Assembly: GCA_039190745.1 (NCBI GenBank)
Contig: JBCCXZ010000003.1
Location: 1-64,000, forward strand
Direction: 5' to 3'
DNA length: 64,000 nucleotides
Source of the DNA: Planctomycetota bacterium
GTDB taxonomy: Bacteria > Planctomycetota > Planctomycetia > Pirellulales > Lacipirellulaceae
Each line of letters starts with the position of its first letter. Position 1 is the stretch's first letter. Under the pieces are notes generated by a model. It did not search any database. It was not told the origin of the DNA and saw only the letters and a list, made by a program, of their open reading frames with translations. Of the stretch, positions 45,761-54,605 are shown one piece after another. A program made the position numbers and the translations under genes.

Positions 45761-46722
45761 TCGCTGCGGCTTGTTTGCTGATCTCTGGGCTTGTCCTGAG
45801 CGCGTTCTTCAGCGGCTCCGAGACTGGCTTTTACCGTGTGACTCGCGTGAAGCTTGTTGTGGATGCTCTTGGCGGCGGTCGCCTGTCACGGGTGCTGTTG
45901 TTCCTGGCGAACCGGCCTTCGCTGTTTGTTGCTACGACGCTGGTGGGTAACAACCTAGCGAACTATGTCACCTCACTGGCGGTGGTGCTCGGTTCGCAGC
46001 GGTTGGTTCCTGGCGGCGGTACAGCGGTCGACCTGCTCGCCCCCATGGCCTTAGCGCCGCTATTGTTTATCGGTGGCGAGCTCTTGCCCAAGAACCTGTT
46101 CTTCGAGGCGCCGAACCGCCTCCTGAAACGCTGCGCACCCGGCCTCGCCGTTTGCGGGGTGCTCTTCGCCCCCATCACGGTCGTGTTGTGGGCGTTCAGC
46201 CGTTTGCTGGAGTTGGTCACAGGGGCTTCTCCCCAAGAGGCGCAGCTGAAGATTGCCAGGCGAGAGCTGAACAACCTCTTCGCCGAGGGGCACGAAGCCG
46301 GCATCCTCGAGCCGGTTCAGCGGACGCTTGCCCAGTCAATGCTCCTGGTCGCTGGCAAGCCGATCAGCGCTTTCGCTTCGCCAAAAGGAAGGGTGGTGCG
46401 TGCAACCACTACCATGAGCAAGAGCGACGTGCTGAAGCTCGCCCAGCGGCATCGCCGGACGCTCCTGCCGTTGGAGGACCCGAACAACAAGAGACGGCTC
46501 GTGGGCTACTTGCGGATGATCGACCTTTGCCTGGACAAAGGGGCTGCTTTGCCCGAGCCTATGCCACTCGTGGAACTCCGCGATACCGACTCGTGTCTGT
46601 CTGCTTTGCGTGCGTTAAGCCAATCCGAAGACGCGCTTGGACATGTGGTTTCTCACACCGGCGAGACTGTTGGATTCGTCACCGGGCGAGAACTGCGGCT
46701 GGCTTTATTGCGCGATGGGTAG
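45757..46722 (+). CDS. CNNM (DUF21)/CBS domain protein
   Basis: SAFFSGSETGF, TTLVGNNLAN, GELLPK; ATGA overlap with upstream gene. Confidence 0.9.
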   Translation: MIAAACLLISGLVLSAFFSGSETGFYRVTRVKLVVDALGGGRLSRVLLFLANRPSLFVATTLVGNNLANYVTSLAVVLGSQRLVPGGGTAVDLLAPMALAPLLFIGGELLPKNLFFEAPNRLLKRCAPGLAVCGVLFAPITVVLWAFSRLLELVTGASPQEAQLKIARRELNNLFAEGHEAGILEPVQRTLAQSMLLVAGKPISAFASPKGRVVRATTTMSKSDVLKLAQRHRRTLLPLEDPNNKRRLVGYLRMIDLCLDKGAALPEPMPLVELRDTDSCLSALRALSQSEDALGHVVSHTGETVGFVTGRELRLALLRDG

Positions 46723-46923
46723 AATGCAATTCGCAATCTGGCGGAAGGTTTGGCGCGCGCAGACGCATAGATTCCTTCTAATGCTGAGTCAATCAGAACG
46801 CCGTACTGTCCCATCTAGGTTGGAGAGGCTATTTTGGAAAGCAGACAAAGGTTACTTACCAACGGCATTGATTGACGGACCCCCGGGTACGAGGTTTGCC
46901 TGGGCAAGTCAGCAGCAGATGAG

Positions 46924-47685
46924 GTGAAGCTAATGAAGATGTACAGCTCTAGAAGTCAAATTCTTATCAGGGCGCTAACTCTATCTGCCCTGTTTTCTTC
47001 GGCGGCTGCGACAGCGATCGCGGTCCCAATCTTTGATACCTTCGGCCCGCTTGATGAGGCGACGTTCGGCGGGCAAGGCATCCCCAACGACGAGGTCGCC
47101 GTCTCAAGGCAGTTTACTGACGGCAACGATATCGAAATCACCGTAGCACTTAGCGCGACTCAGCGCTTTAGCAATCCTGCGTTAAGCAATGATGGCGCCG
47201 GTACTTACTTCGCCACTCCCGGCAGCAACTTTGGCGGCAATGGTGAGAGCGGCACCGAAGGTGCGTTGTGGAACTTCAACTTCTATATAGCAGTTGAGGG
47301 CTTCAACGGAGCAACTCCTTTGCTGACCGACTACCAGATCGATCTGAAATACGATTTCGACCCAGCTAGTGGAACGCCGGTTGGGGATTTGGGATCAATC
47401 GACCTGACGAACTCGTTATTGTTCAACGATCCCAACTCCATACTGGTGGAAGACTCTCAGAATCTGCTTTTCAGCTTCCTCGGCACGAGCGTCCCCGGCT
47501 TCCTGGTTGCTCCGTCAGGATCATTCGACCAGAACGCCTTGGGGGAATACACGTTCGCGATCACGATCTCCGGCAACGGCTTTCCGATCGAGACCGTTGC
47601 CATGAATGTCGAAGTGATCCCCGAGCCAACCGCTTTGTTCTTGGCTTCACTGGCTGGCGTGGCTTTGCTTGGCCGCCGTCGGTAG
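46924..47685 (+). CDS. PEP-CTERM sorting domain protein
   Basis: Signal peptide; C-terminal IPEPTALFLASLAGVALLGRRR. Confidence 0.92.
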   Translation: MKLMKMYSSRSQILIRALTLSALFSSAAATAIAVPIFDTFGPLDEATFGGQGIPNDEVAVSRQFTDGNDIEITVALSATQRFSNPALSNDGAGTYFATPGSNFGGNGESGTEGALWNFNFYIAVEGFNGATPLLTDYQIDLKYDFDPASGTPVGDLGSIDLTNSLLFNDPNSILVEDSQNLLFSFLGTSVPGFLVAPSGSFDQNALGEYTFAITISGNGFPIETVAMNVEVIPEPTALFLASLAGVALLGRRR

Positions 47686-47720
47686 GCCTAGCACGGCAGA
47701 CTCCGCGAATCTGATCTACG

Positions 47721-47757
47721 AAGCCCTCTTCGGCCGACCTGCCGAAGAGGGCTTTTT
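47721..47757 (+). terminator. Rho-independent terminator
   Basis: aagccctcttcggc/gccgaagagggctt followed by T-run. Confidence 0.85.
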
Positions 47758-47802
47758 GCTTGGCGGATCAATCGGCTTTTGCAGTGATGGGCGTCGATTT
47801 GT

Positions 47803-48078
47803 TCAAGAAAGCACCGCCATGACCGCGGCGAACACGAGGCCCAATGCCACAACGCCGGCGACAACCCAAGCCATTAGGCTGAGCCCTTCCGAACGGTACT
47901 TGGGGCCGTCTATCCGCCGCCTGTCTGCTTCGGTGAGCCAGTAGCCGCACTCGGGGCACTGCTCGAGGATGAGTTGGATCTCGGCCCCGCACTCCGGGCA
48001 CGACGCGGTCCCTTCTTCTTCGGGGTCGTAGTCTCCGTCGTCGTCCCAGTCTTCCTCGCCCCAGTCTTCTTCATGCAT
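47803..48078 (-). CDS. Small Zn-ribbon membrane protein
   Basis: Acidic N-terminus, CPECG x2, C-terminal TM helix. Confidence 0.75.
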   Translation of the reverse strand: MHEEDWGEEDWDDDGDYDPEEEGTASCPECGAEIQLILEQCPECGYWLTEADRRRIDGPKYRSEGLSLMAWVVAGVVALGLVFAAVMAVLS

Positions 48079-48163
48079 CCGGTTGTGCCTCAAGTAAGCT
48101 TCGAGACGTTCTCGCCTCGACCAAGTCTCACCCTGTTCCCACCTTTTCGTAGAACGTAGCCTA

Positions 48164-48586
48164 GTGGCCATGGTGCACCAAGAGACGATCGAGCTTCGAA
48201 CCGAAGGCCATGGGCAGATGCATGATCTGACGATGCGTGTCGCAGAGGCTGTGCGCGCATCCGGCATCTCGACCGGAACGGTCAACGTCGCGAACCTGGG
48301 GTCCACCGGGGCCATCGGCTGCATTGAGTTTGAGCCCGGTCTCGTCGCAGACCTTCCCTCACTCTTAGACCGCTTCATCCCGCCGTCGCCAGACTATGGC
48401 CACGAGCAGGCTTGGCACGACGGCAACGGTCACTCGCACTTGCAGGCGACGTGGCTTGGACAGTCGTTGACGCTGCCCGTCAGTGAAGGCGCACCGATTC
48501 TCGGGACGTGGCAGCAGGTATTTCACTTGGAGTGCGACGTCAGGCCGCGGAGCCGTGAGATAGTTCTCACTGTGATGGGCGAGTAA
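48164..48586 (+). CDS. yjbQ: YjbQ/UPF0047 family protein
   Basis: HEQAWHDGNGHSHL, LGTWQQ. Confidence 0.9.
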   Translation: MAMVHQETIELRTEGHGQMHDLTMRVAEAVRASGISTGTVNVANLGSTGAIGCIEFEPGLVADLPSLLDRFIPPSPDYGHEQAWHDGNGHSHLQATWLGQSLTLPVSEGAPILGTWQQVFHLECDVRPRSREIVLTVMGE

Positions 48587-48608
48587 TGCGCTAGACCCGT
48601 TTGGTTGC

Positions 48609-48881
48609 TCACTCGTCTGGCTCGCCGAGATCGACCTGCGACCAATCGACCTGGGCTCCTGAGGTCTTGATTTCCGCCAGGAGCCGCTTTGCCGCATCCA
48701 ACTGCTTGCTGGGCACGAGCACCTCAACCCGGCCCGGCGCTTCCGCCTGGAAACTCGATGTGTAGCTGCCCGCTCGGACGGCTAGGATCCCTTCGGCTGC
48801 AAGCAGCGCCTCCAGGCTAGCGGCTTCATGGTCTGAAGCCGTAGTCGTCAGCAAGACGGGGCGGTCGTGAGGACTAGGCAT
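48609..48881 (-). CDS. DUF2007-like small protein
   Basis: EAASLEALLAAEGI...VEVLVPSKQLDAAKRLL. Confidence 0.75.
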   Translation of the reverse strand: MPSPHDRPVLLTTTASDHEAASLEALLAAEGILAVRAGSYTSSFQAEAPGRVEVLVPSKQLDAAKRLLAEIKTSGAQVDWSQVDLGEPDE

Positions 48882-48919
48882 GCCAAACTCACGGCTATTG
48901 GCCAGACTCATGTGGAATG

Positions 48920-48953
48920 AAAAAAAAGCGGAGGAGGCCGAGGCCTCTTCCGC
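48920..48953 (-). terminator. Rho-independent terminator
   Basis: gcggaggaggcc/ggcctcttccgc with A8 on the plus strand (U-run on minus). Confidence 0.75.
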
Positions 48954-49007
48954 CGCATTTTCTACGTGAGGGTTTGCCGAGGCAAGCGTATGCCCGCCCG
49001 ACGCGAG

Positions 49008-49265
49008 CTACTTGGAGTAGCCCAGCTCCTGGATAACCGAGAGCATCTCTTCGTAATTGATGAACCGTCGACGGTGCAGCATCTTGTACTGGTCGATGGC
49101 CCGGCCGAGTTCGGCTGCCTCGGGCGAGAGATCGGTATGGCTGCTGGCGAACTGGCGGCGTTCGGAGCCGGCAGTCGCGAGGGCTTCTCCGCGACGGCGG
49201 TCAACAAAGGTCTCAGCAGGCGCCTCGGTGACAGGCGAGTCGAGCGTGGCTGTGGACATGGCCAT
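49008..49265 (-). CDS. Small hypothetical protein
   Basis: FVDRR...ERRQF...AIDQYKMLHRRRFINYEEMLSVIQELGY; GAGG RBS. Confidence 0.75.
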   Translation of the reverse strand: MAMSTATLDSPVTEAPAETFVDRRRGEALATAGSERRQFASSHTDLSPEAAELGRAIDQYKMLHRRRFINYEEMLSVIQELGYSK

Positions 49266-49539
49266 TTCCTCAGAGCAATAGTCGTGTTTTGGAGGCGTAA
49301 CCCGACGGGGAATGTCGTATTGGACGCGGGCACTGAAGCTACGCAACTATACCCCACAGCCGGCAGAGTGACCGACAGGCTGTCGCGGCTTTCCGAAGGG
49401 CTCGGCGGCCAGCCGTTCCGATCCGACTAATCGCTACATCCCCGCGCCAATCGGCTGCTTGGCGATGATCTGGCGGGTGGTAGACTGGCCGCCCTGCGAA
49501 GCCCTAACAAGATACGAACCCGTTGAGGAGTTCACAGTG

Positions 49540-50871
49540 ATGCGATGTTCAAGAAACCGAACGCTTGCGATCGCGGCGCTCTTGGGTTGCGTTTTTCCAG
49601 CGGCCACTCCGGAGGGACACGCGGAAGACTGGCCCCAATGGATGGGGCCGCAACGGGACAACGTTTGGCGAGAAACCGGGCTGTTGGAGCGGTTTCCGGA
49701 AGGTGGGCCGACCGTTGTGTGGCGGACCCCGGTAGCAGGAGGCTACGCTGGGCCTGCGGTTGCCGATGGACGCGTCTTCGTCACCGACTACGTCTCGACC
49801 GACGACGTGAAGGTTTCCAACTTTGAGCGCAAACCGACTTCCGGTTCAGAGCGTGTGCTCTGCATCGACGGGGCGAACGGCGAGGTACTCTGGAGGCACG
49901 AGTACCCGGTGCAATACACCATCAGCTACCCGGCCGGCCCGCGTTGCACCCCCGTCGTCGAGGGCGACCGAGTGTACACACTGGGCTCCGAAGGAGACCT
50001 CTTTTGCCTCGATGCGGCCACCGGAGAGGAACGTTGGAAGAGAGACTTCCCGGAAGAGTACAACGCAAAGACTTCGCTGTGGGGCTGGGCCTCACATCCC
50101 TTACTAGACGGTGAGAAGCTGATCTGCGTAGTCGGCGGCGAAGGAAGCCATGTGGTTGCCTTCGAGAAGCACACAGGCGAGGAGCTTTGGCGCGCCCGCA
50201 CCGCCAATGACCAAGGGTACTCGCCCCCCACGATTATCGAAGCGGGCGGAGTCAGGCAGCTGATCTTGCTGCAGCCCGACGCGGTGGCTTCAGTTGATCC
50301 CGAGACAGGCACTGAATACTGGAGTTTGCCCTACCAGGCTACGAGCGGTTCGATCATTATGTCGCCCGTGCAAGTGGGTGAGTACTTGTACGTCGGCGGC
50401 TACGACAAGAAGAACTTGTTGCTAAGGCTCGACTCAGAAGGCCCGGGCGCCGAAGTCGTCTGGGGCAACCAGTCGAAGCGAGGCCTTTCGCCGGTGAATG
50501 TACAGCCTATCGCGCACCAGGGGATGATTGTCGGGTTTGATCAAAGCGGTCTGTTGACGGCGTTCGAGTTGCCGAGCGGGGAGAGGATTTGGGAGACGCC
50601 TCAGCCGGTAAGTGAGCGTCGCGTCGGCTCTGGGTCAGCATTCCTAGTGAAGCAGGATGACCGATTTTGGCTATTTACCGAGAACGGCGAACTAGTCATC
50701 GCTCGGATCACACGCAAAGGGTTTGAAGAGATCGACCGAGCTAAAGTCATCGAGCCGACCAACAACGCCTTCGGACGGGACGTGGTGTGGTGCATGCCCG
50801 CGTTCGCCAATCGCCGGGTGTATGTCCGCAACGATGCCGAGTGTGTCTGCGTCGAACTGTCTCGCAACTAG
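49540..50871 (+). CDS. PQQ-binding-like beta-propeller protein (BamB-like)
   Basis: EDWPQWMGPQRD, GYAGPAVADGRVF, repeated CLDAATGEERW. Confidence 0.9.
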   Translation: MRCSRNRTLAIAALLGCVFPAATPEGHAEDWPQWMGPQRDNVWRETGLLERFPEGGPTVVWRTPVAGGYAGPAVADGRVFVTDYVSTDDVKVSNFERKPTSGSERVLCIDGANGEVLWRHEYPVQYTISYPAGPRCTPVVEGDRVYTLGSEGDLFCLDAATGEERWKRDFPEEYNAKTSLWGWASHPLLDGEKLICVVGGEGSHVVAFEKHTGEELWRARTANDQGYSPPTIIEAGGVRQLILLQPDAVASVDPETGTEYWSLPYQATSGSIIMSPVQVGEYLYVGGYDKKNLLLRLDSEGPGAEVVWGNQSKRGLSPVNVQPIAHQGMIVGFDQSGLLTAFELPSGERIWETPQPVSERRVGSGSAFLVKQDDRFWLFTENGELVIARITRKGFEEIDRAKVIEPTNNAFGRDVVWCMPAFANRRVYVRNDAECVCVELSRN

Positions 50872-51053
50872 CAGCGGCTATCTCCGCCGGCTTTAAGGCC
50901 CTGCGTGAGTGCGTCGCCTAGCTCGGGTGGGGTCCACGTCGCCCTGGGGACTGTGCCCTTCTTTGGGTGGCGCGGCGCACTGCGCGTCTCAAAGCCAGTC
51001 CCGTGCGGAGTTAGCGCGGTCTGCGTGTCTCGGCTTGTGCAAATGACAAGCTT

Positions 51054-51497
51054 CTAGCTCCGAGCGGCTTCCGCTTCGTGGCGGAGCAGGCTCGCTAGCA
51101 TCGCCTGAAAAACTGGACCCACGGTACGCATCTCTCTGTCTTCCGCTTGAGAGACTACCAAGTAGGTTGCACCGGCGGTGTTCACCCCACGGATGCGAGC
51201 GGTGCTGATGAAGTCGAACAGGTAGAAGTCGACGTCGTAGCCAGTCACATGCTGGCTGTCGATCTTCTCCTCGACGTAGGAGACCTCCATGTCACGGTAC
51301 TCGGAGCGCAACGCCGCGAGGGCTTCGTCGAAGAGCGGCTCCAGTTCGGTGCCGGCGTCGTACTTGCCTGCGTGCCAGAAGGCCGTTTCAGGGCTAGAAA
51401 CCACGACCTGCGAACCCTTCGATTCGGTCTCGGATTCAATCGACCAGTTGTCGGGGTACTCGAAACGCAGGCCGATACTGTCGTAGAGTGCTGGCAT
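51054..51497 (-). CDS. Hypothetical protein (PsbP/Mog1-like fold possible)
   Basis: GLRFEYPDNWSI N-terminus; FQAMLASL C-terminus. Confidence 0.7.
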   Translation of the reverse strand: MPALYDSIGLRFEYPDNWSIESETESKGSQVVVSSPETAFWHAGKYDAGTELEPLFDEALAALRSEYRDMEVSYVEEKIDSQHVTGYDVDFYLFDFISTARIRGVNTAGATYLVVSQAEDREMRTVGPVFQAMLASLLRHEAEAARS

Positions 51498-51749
51498 GGT
51501 CTGGGGGGGGCGATTTGTGAATTAGGGAAAGCGATAGGCCCCATGCGGACGATTTGAAATCTACCAACTCCTCAACAACTTCGGTAGCTGCTAGCAGCTA
51601 CCCGGGCACAGTTGGACAGCCTCGTGAGCGGCGTTGTCGGTTTCCACAGGTGGTTGATACAGTCTGCCCCTTCTGATTTGGGGTCTGGACCAGCCGCACT
51701 AGAGCACAGTTTGTTCGTTTGAATTCTCCTGTCTCGATCGGGTAATGAC

Positions 51750-52691
51750 TTGCCGTTTTCGGAACGACAACTGCCGAGCCGACGCTGCCTCTACGGAGCG
51801 GCGTTCGCATTCTCTTTGGCGGTTTGCGGTTGTTCGTCTCTGAGCAAGCCCAAGATCATCCCCGACTCAATCGCGGCGTGCCGCGAGTTGGCCCAGCGGG
51901 GCGCGTCGGCTATGGAGATGGGCGACTCGGTCGAAGCGGAGCGTCTGCTGGCAGGTGCCGTCGAGTCGGAACCAACCGATGTTGAGGCCCGCCGACACCT
52001 TGCCGAGGCGATGTGGGCCAATGGCGATCGCTCTGAGGCGGTGCTCCATATGGAGACAGCCATGCAGTTGGCGCCGGGACACCCGGGGACAGTGGTTCGG
52101 GTCGGCGAGATGCAACTGGCCCTGGGCCAAACCAGAGGAGCGGAGCAGCGGGCAGAAGAGGCGCTCGCTCTCGCACCTACCATGCCCGAGGCTTGGGCAT
52201 TGCGAGGCCGAGTGTTTCGGGAGTTGGGCGAACCGAAACGATCTCTGGCCGATCTACAGCAGTCGTTGGCTTACGCTCCCCACAACAAATCGGTTTTGCA
52301 GGACGTTGCGAGCCTTCAATTCGAGCTGAAACGACCGCGGCGTTGCCTTTCGACACTGCACAGTCTGTTGGACGGCTACCCCCACGGGGAAGAACCCCGG
52401 GACGCGTTGTGGCTAGAGGGCTTGGCCTACGGAGCGTTGGATCGCCACTCCGACGCGGCCAAGAGCCTTGCCGAGGCGACACAACGAGGTAATCCACCCG
52501 CGGAACTCTTGTACCACCTGGCGATGGCTTCCAACCAATGTGGCGACGCAGCACAAGCGGCCGACGCCGCTGAGCGTGCGCTTGCAACCGACGCGAGCCA
52601 CGGGCCGAGCCAGGTGTTGCTCGCCAGTCTCCGGGCCGATGGGACTCGGGGCAACGCTGTCCGGACCGCATCGGGGACGATCTTGCGCTAA
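51750..52691 (+). CDS. TPR lipoprotein
   Basis: SRRCL...LAVCGC signal; TPR repeats. Confidence 0.85.
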   Translation: MPFSERQLPSRRCLYGAAFAFSLAVCGCSSLSKPKIIPDSIAACRELAQRGASAMEMGDSVEAERLLAGAVESEPTDVEARRHLAEAMWANGDRSEAVLHMETAMQLAPGHPGTVVRVGEMQLALGQTRGAEQRAEEALALAPTMPEAWALRGRVFRELGEPKRSLADLQQSLAYAPHNKSVLQDVASLQFELKRPRRCLSTLHSLLDGYPHGEEPRDALWLEGLAYGALDRHSDAAKSLAEATQRGNPPAELLYHLAMASNQCGDAAQAADAAERALATDASHGPSQVLLASLRADGTRGNAVRTASGTILR

Positions 52692-52695
52692 AGGA

Positions 52696-53589
52696 CTACC
52701 GCTTACGGGCGACTTTCTTCTGCGGGGCGATAAGGTCCTCTCTGAACCGCGACTCGTAACGCATGCTGCTAGTGGCGCCCGCGAACCCGAGGATGTTCTT
52801 GTCGACGTCTTGCCGCTGCGAGATGAACCTGCCGGCTTCGATATCGAACCGCACAAGGCCTTTCGTAAGCCGCTGAACGAGCTGTGCCTCGATGTAAGGG
52901 GAGATGGGCGTCAGAACGTCGTACTTCACCTCGATGGCCGCGACGCCGCGGCTGACGGACTTCAGGCGGCAGAGACGGCGGGTCCGCACCTCGGTCTTTG
53001 TGCCGCCCTTGCGTTCCGCTTCGATCTCGTACGTGGTGGTCCACTTCTCGCCCACCGCGATCGGCTTGCCAGGCAGCTCCAGTGTGATCGGCAGGTCGTC
53101 GCTGGTCGGCGGCTGCGGGTGCTTTTCTTCTCGGTCGAGGATATCGCCGGACGGGGAGATCTTCAGCACCGACAGCGGGATACCAATTGCGCGGGCGGCC
53201 GTCTCGTAGCCCTTAGGGGGCTCCTCATCGGCGGTGCTGTCGTAAGACGTCTCGCCCTTGCCGGGCGTGCGGTTGCTCATCTTCACCGACTCGACGAGGT
53301 GAACGAACTGGATCTCGCCGCTGGGAAGCACGTCGGTCACTTTCCAGGCTTTGACCGACTCGCTCCTCGTCTCGACTTCTTGGGAAGTCCCGTCGATGTT
53401 GCTACGGATATTGGCCGCGTGCTTCACCTTGTAGCGCAGCACCTCTCCCGACTGGAATTTGTAACGCAAAGAATACTTCTTCGCGCCCTTGCGATTGGGG
53501 GACTCGGCGTGCGACTCGCAGACAACTGTCAGCGTGCCGCAGAGAATCAGTGCCGCGGCGAAGCAGCGTCCGGGGCGGGTAGCGTGCAT
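52696..53589 (-). CDS. Exported hypothetical protein
   Basis: Signal peptide; YSLRYKFQSGEVLRY; beta-rich. Confidence 0.8.
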   Translation of the reverse strand: MHATRPGRCFAAALILCGTLTVVCESHAESPNRKGAKKYSLRYKFQSGEVLRYKVKHAANIRSNIDGTSQEVETRSESVKAWKVTDVLPSGEIQFVHLVESVKMSNRTPGKGETSYDSTADEEPPKGYETAARAIGIPLSVLKISPSGDILDREEKHPQPPTSDDLPITLELPGKPIAVGEKWTTTYEIEAERKGGTKTEVRTRRLCRLKSVSRGVAAIEVKYDVLTPISPYIEAQLVQRLTKGLVRFDIEAGRFISQRQDVDKNILGFAGATSSMRYESRFREDLIAPQKKVARKR

Positions 53590-53674
53590 CCTTGCACCTT
53601 CTGTTGGGAGAGCCGGGCAGTTGGTGGCCCGGGGTGGTATCGATTACTAAGATCTTGTGTGGCCGGTCGGAGGG

Positions 53675-54559
53675 TCAGTCGTTCAGTTCCAGTCGACCGC
53701 CCCAGCCAAGCTTTTCTCGGAGCGTGCGATAATAGCCGCGCCCGGCGACTTCCACCAAGCGGAAATCGGTCTCTGAGCGTCGGACACGGACGCGGTCGCC
53801 GGGTTGCAAGCACCGGACGACCCGCCCGTCGACCAGCAGCGAGGTACCCTCGTTGGGCTGCGGGACGACGATTTCGTAACGCCGATCAGCTGAGTCGACC
53901 ACCGGCCGGTTAGTAAGCGTGTGGGGGTTCAGGGGCGATACGACAAATGCCTGCAGCGACTTGCGGAGGATCGGCCCGCCCGCGGACAGGTTGTGGGCGG
54001 TAGAACCGACGGGCGTGCTGATGATCAGCCCGTCGCACCGGTAGGTGGTCACGAGCTCGTCATCGACAAAGAGCTGGACGTCGAGAATCGCGAACGGGGC
54101 GCCTGCTAGCACCGATGCTTCGTTGAGGCCGAGCACGCTGTGAGCGGGCTCGCCAGAGGCGTCCAGCACTTCGCAGCGGAACATAAGGTGGGAGATCACC
54201 CGGTAGTCGCCCGCAACGACTTGGGCGAGGGTGTCCGCTAGCGATGCCGGGTTGACGCCGGCGAGGAACCCCAGCCGTCCGAGGTTCACGCCGATCACGG
54301 GCAGCCTCCGGTCGCCCAGCCGACGGGACGAGCGGAGGATCGCCCCGTCGCCGCCGAGCACGATCGCGAAGTCGGCCGGCGTGTCGGGAACCTCTTCGGT
54401 GGCGTCGTCCACGACGCCGACCACTTCGAAGAACTGGTCGATGGTTGGGCGGAGCTCTTCCACGTCCCGCCGGATCTCTTCCCGGTGGCAGTCGGCGAGG
54501 ATCAACGCGTGCGGGCGTTGAGGGTCGATCAACCCAGGGCTGGCAGGCTGCGGATTCAT
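53675..54559 (-). CDS. nadK: NAD+ kinase
   Basis: LGGDGAIL, GVNLGRLGFL, LNE, DGLIISTPVGSTAHNLSAGGP. Confidence 0.95.
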   Translation of the reverse strand: MNPQPASPGLIDPQRPHALILADCHREEIRRDVEELRPTIDQFFEVVGVVDDATEEVPDTPADFAIVLGGDGAILRSSRRLGDRRLPVIGVNLGRLGFLAGVNPASLADTLAQVVAGDYRVISHLMFRCEVLDASGEPAHSVLGLNEASVLAGAPFAILDVQLFVDDELVTTYRCDGLIISTPVGSTAHNLSAGGPILRKSLQAFVVSPLNPHTLTNRPVVDSADRRYEIVVPQPNEGTSLLVDGRVVRCLQPGDRVRVRRSETDFRLVEVAGRGYYRTLREKLGWGGRLELND

Positions 54560-54605
54560 AGCTGCAGCATAACAGCGGCAACGCACAGGGACGAGGCGAC
54601 TCAGC

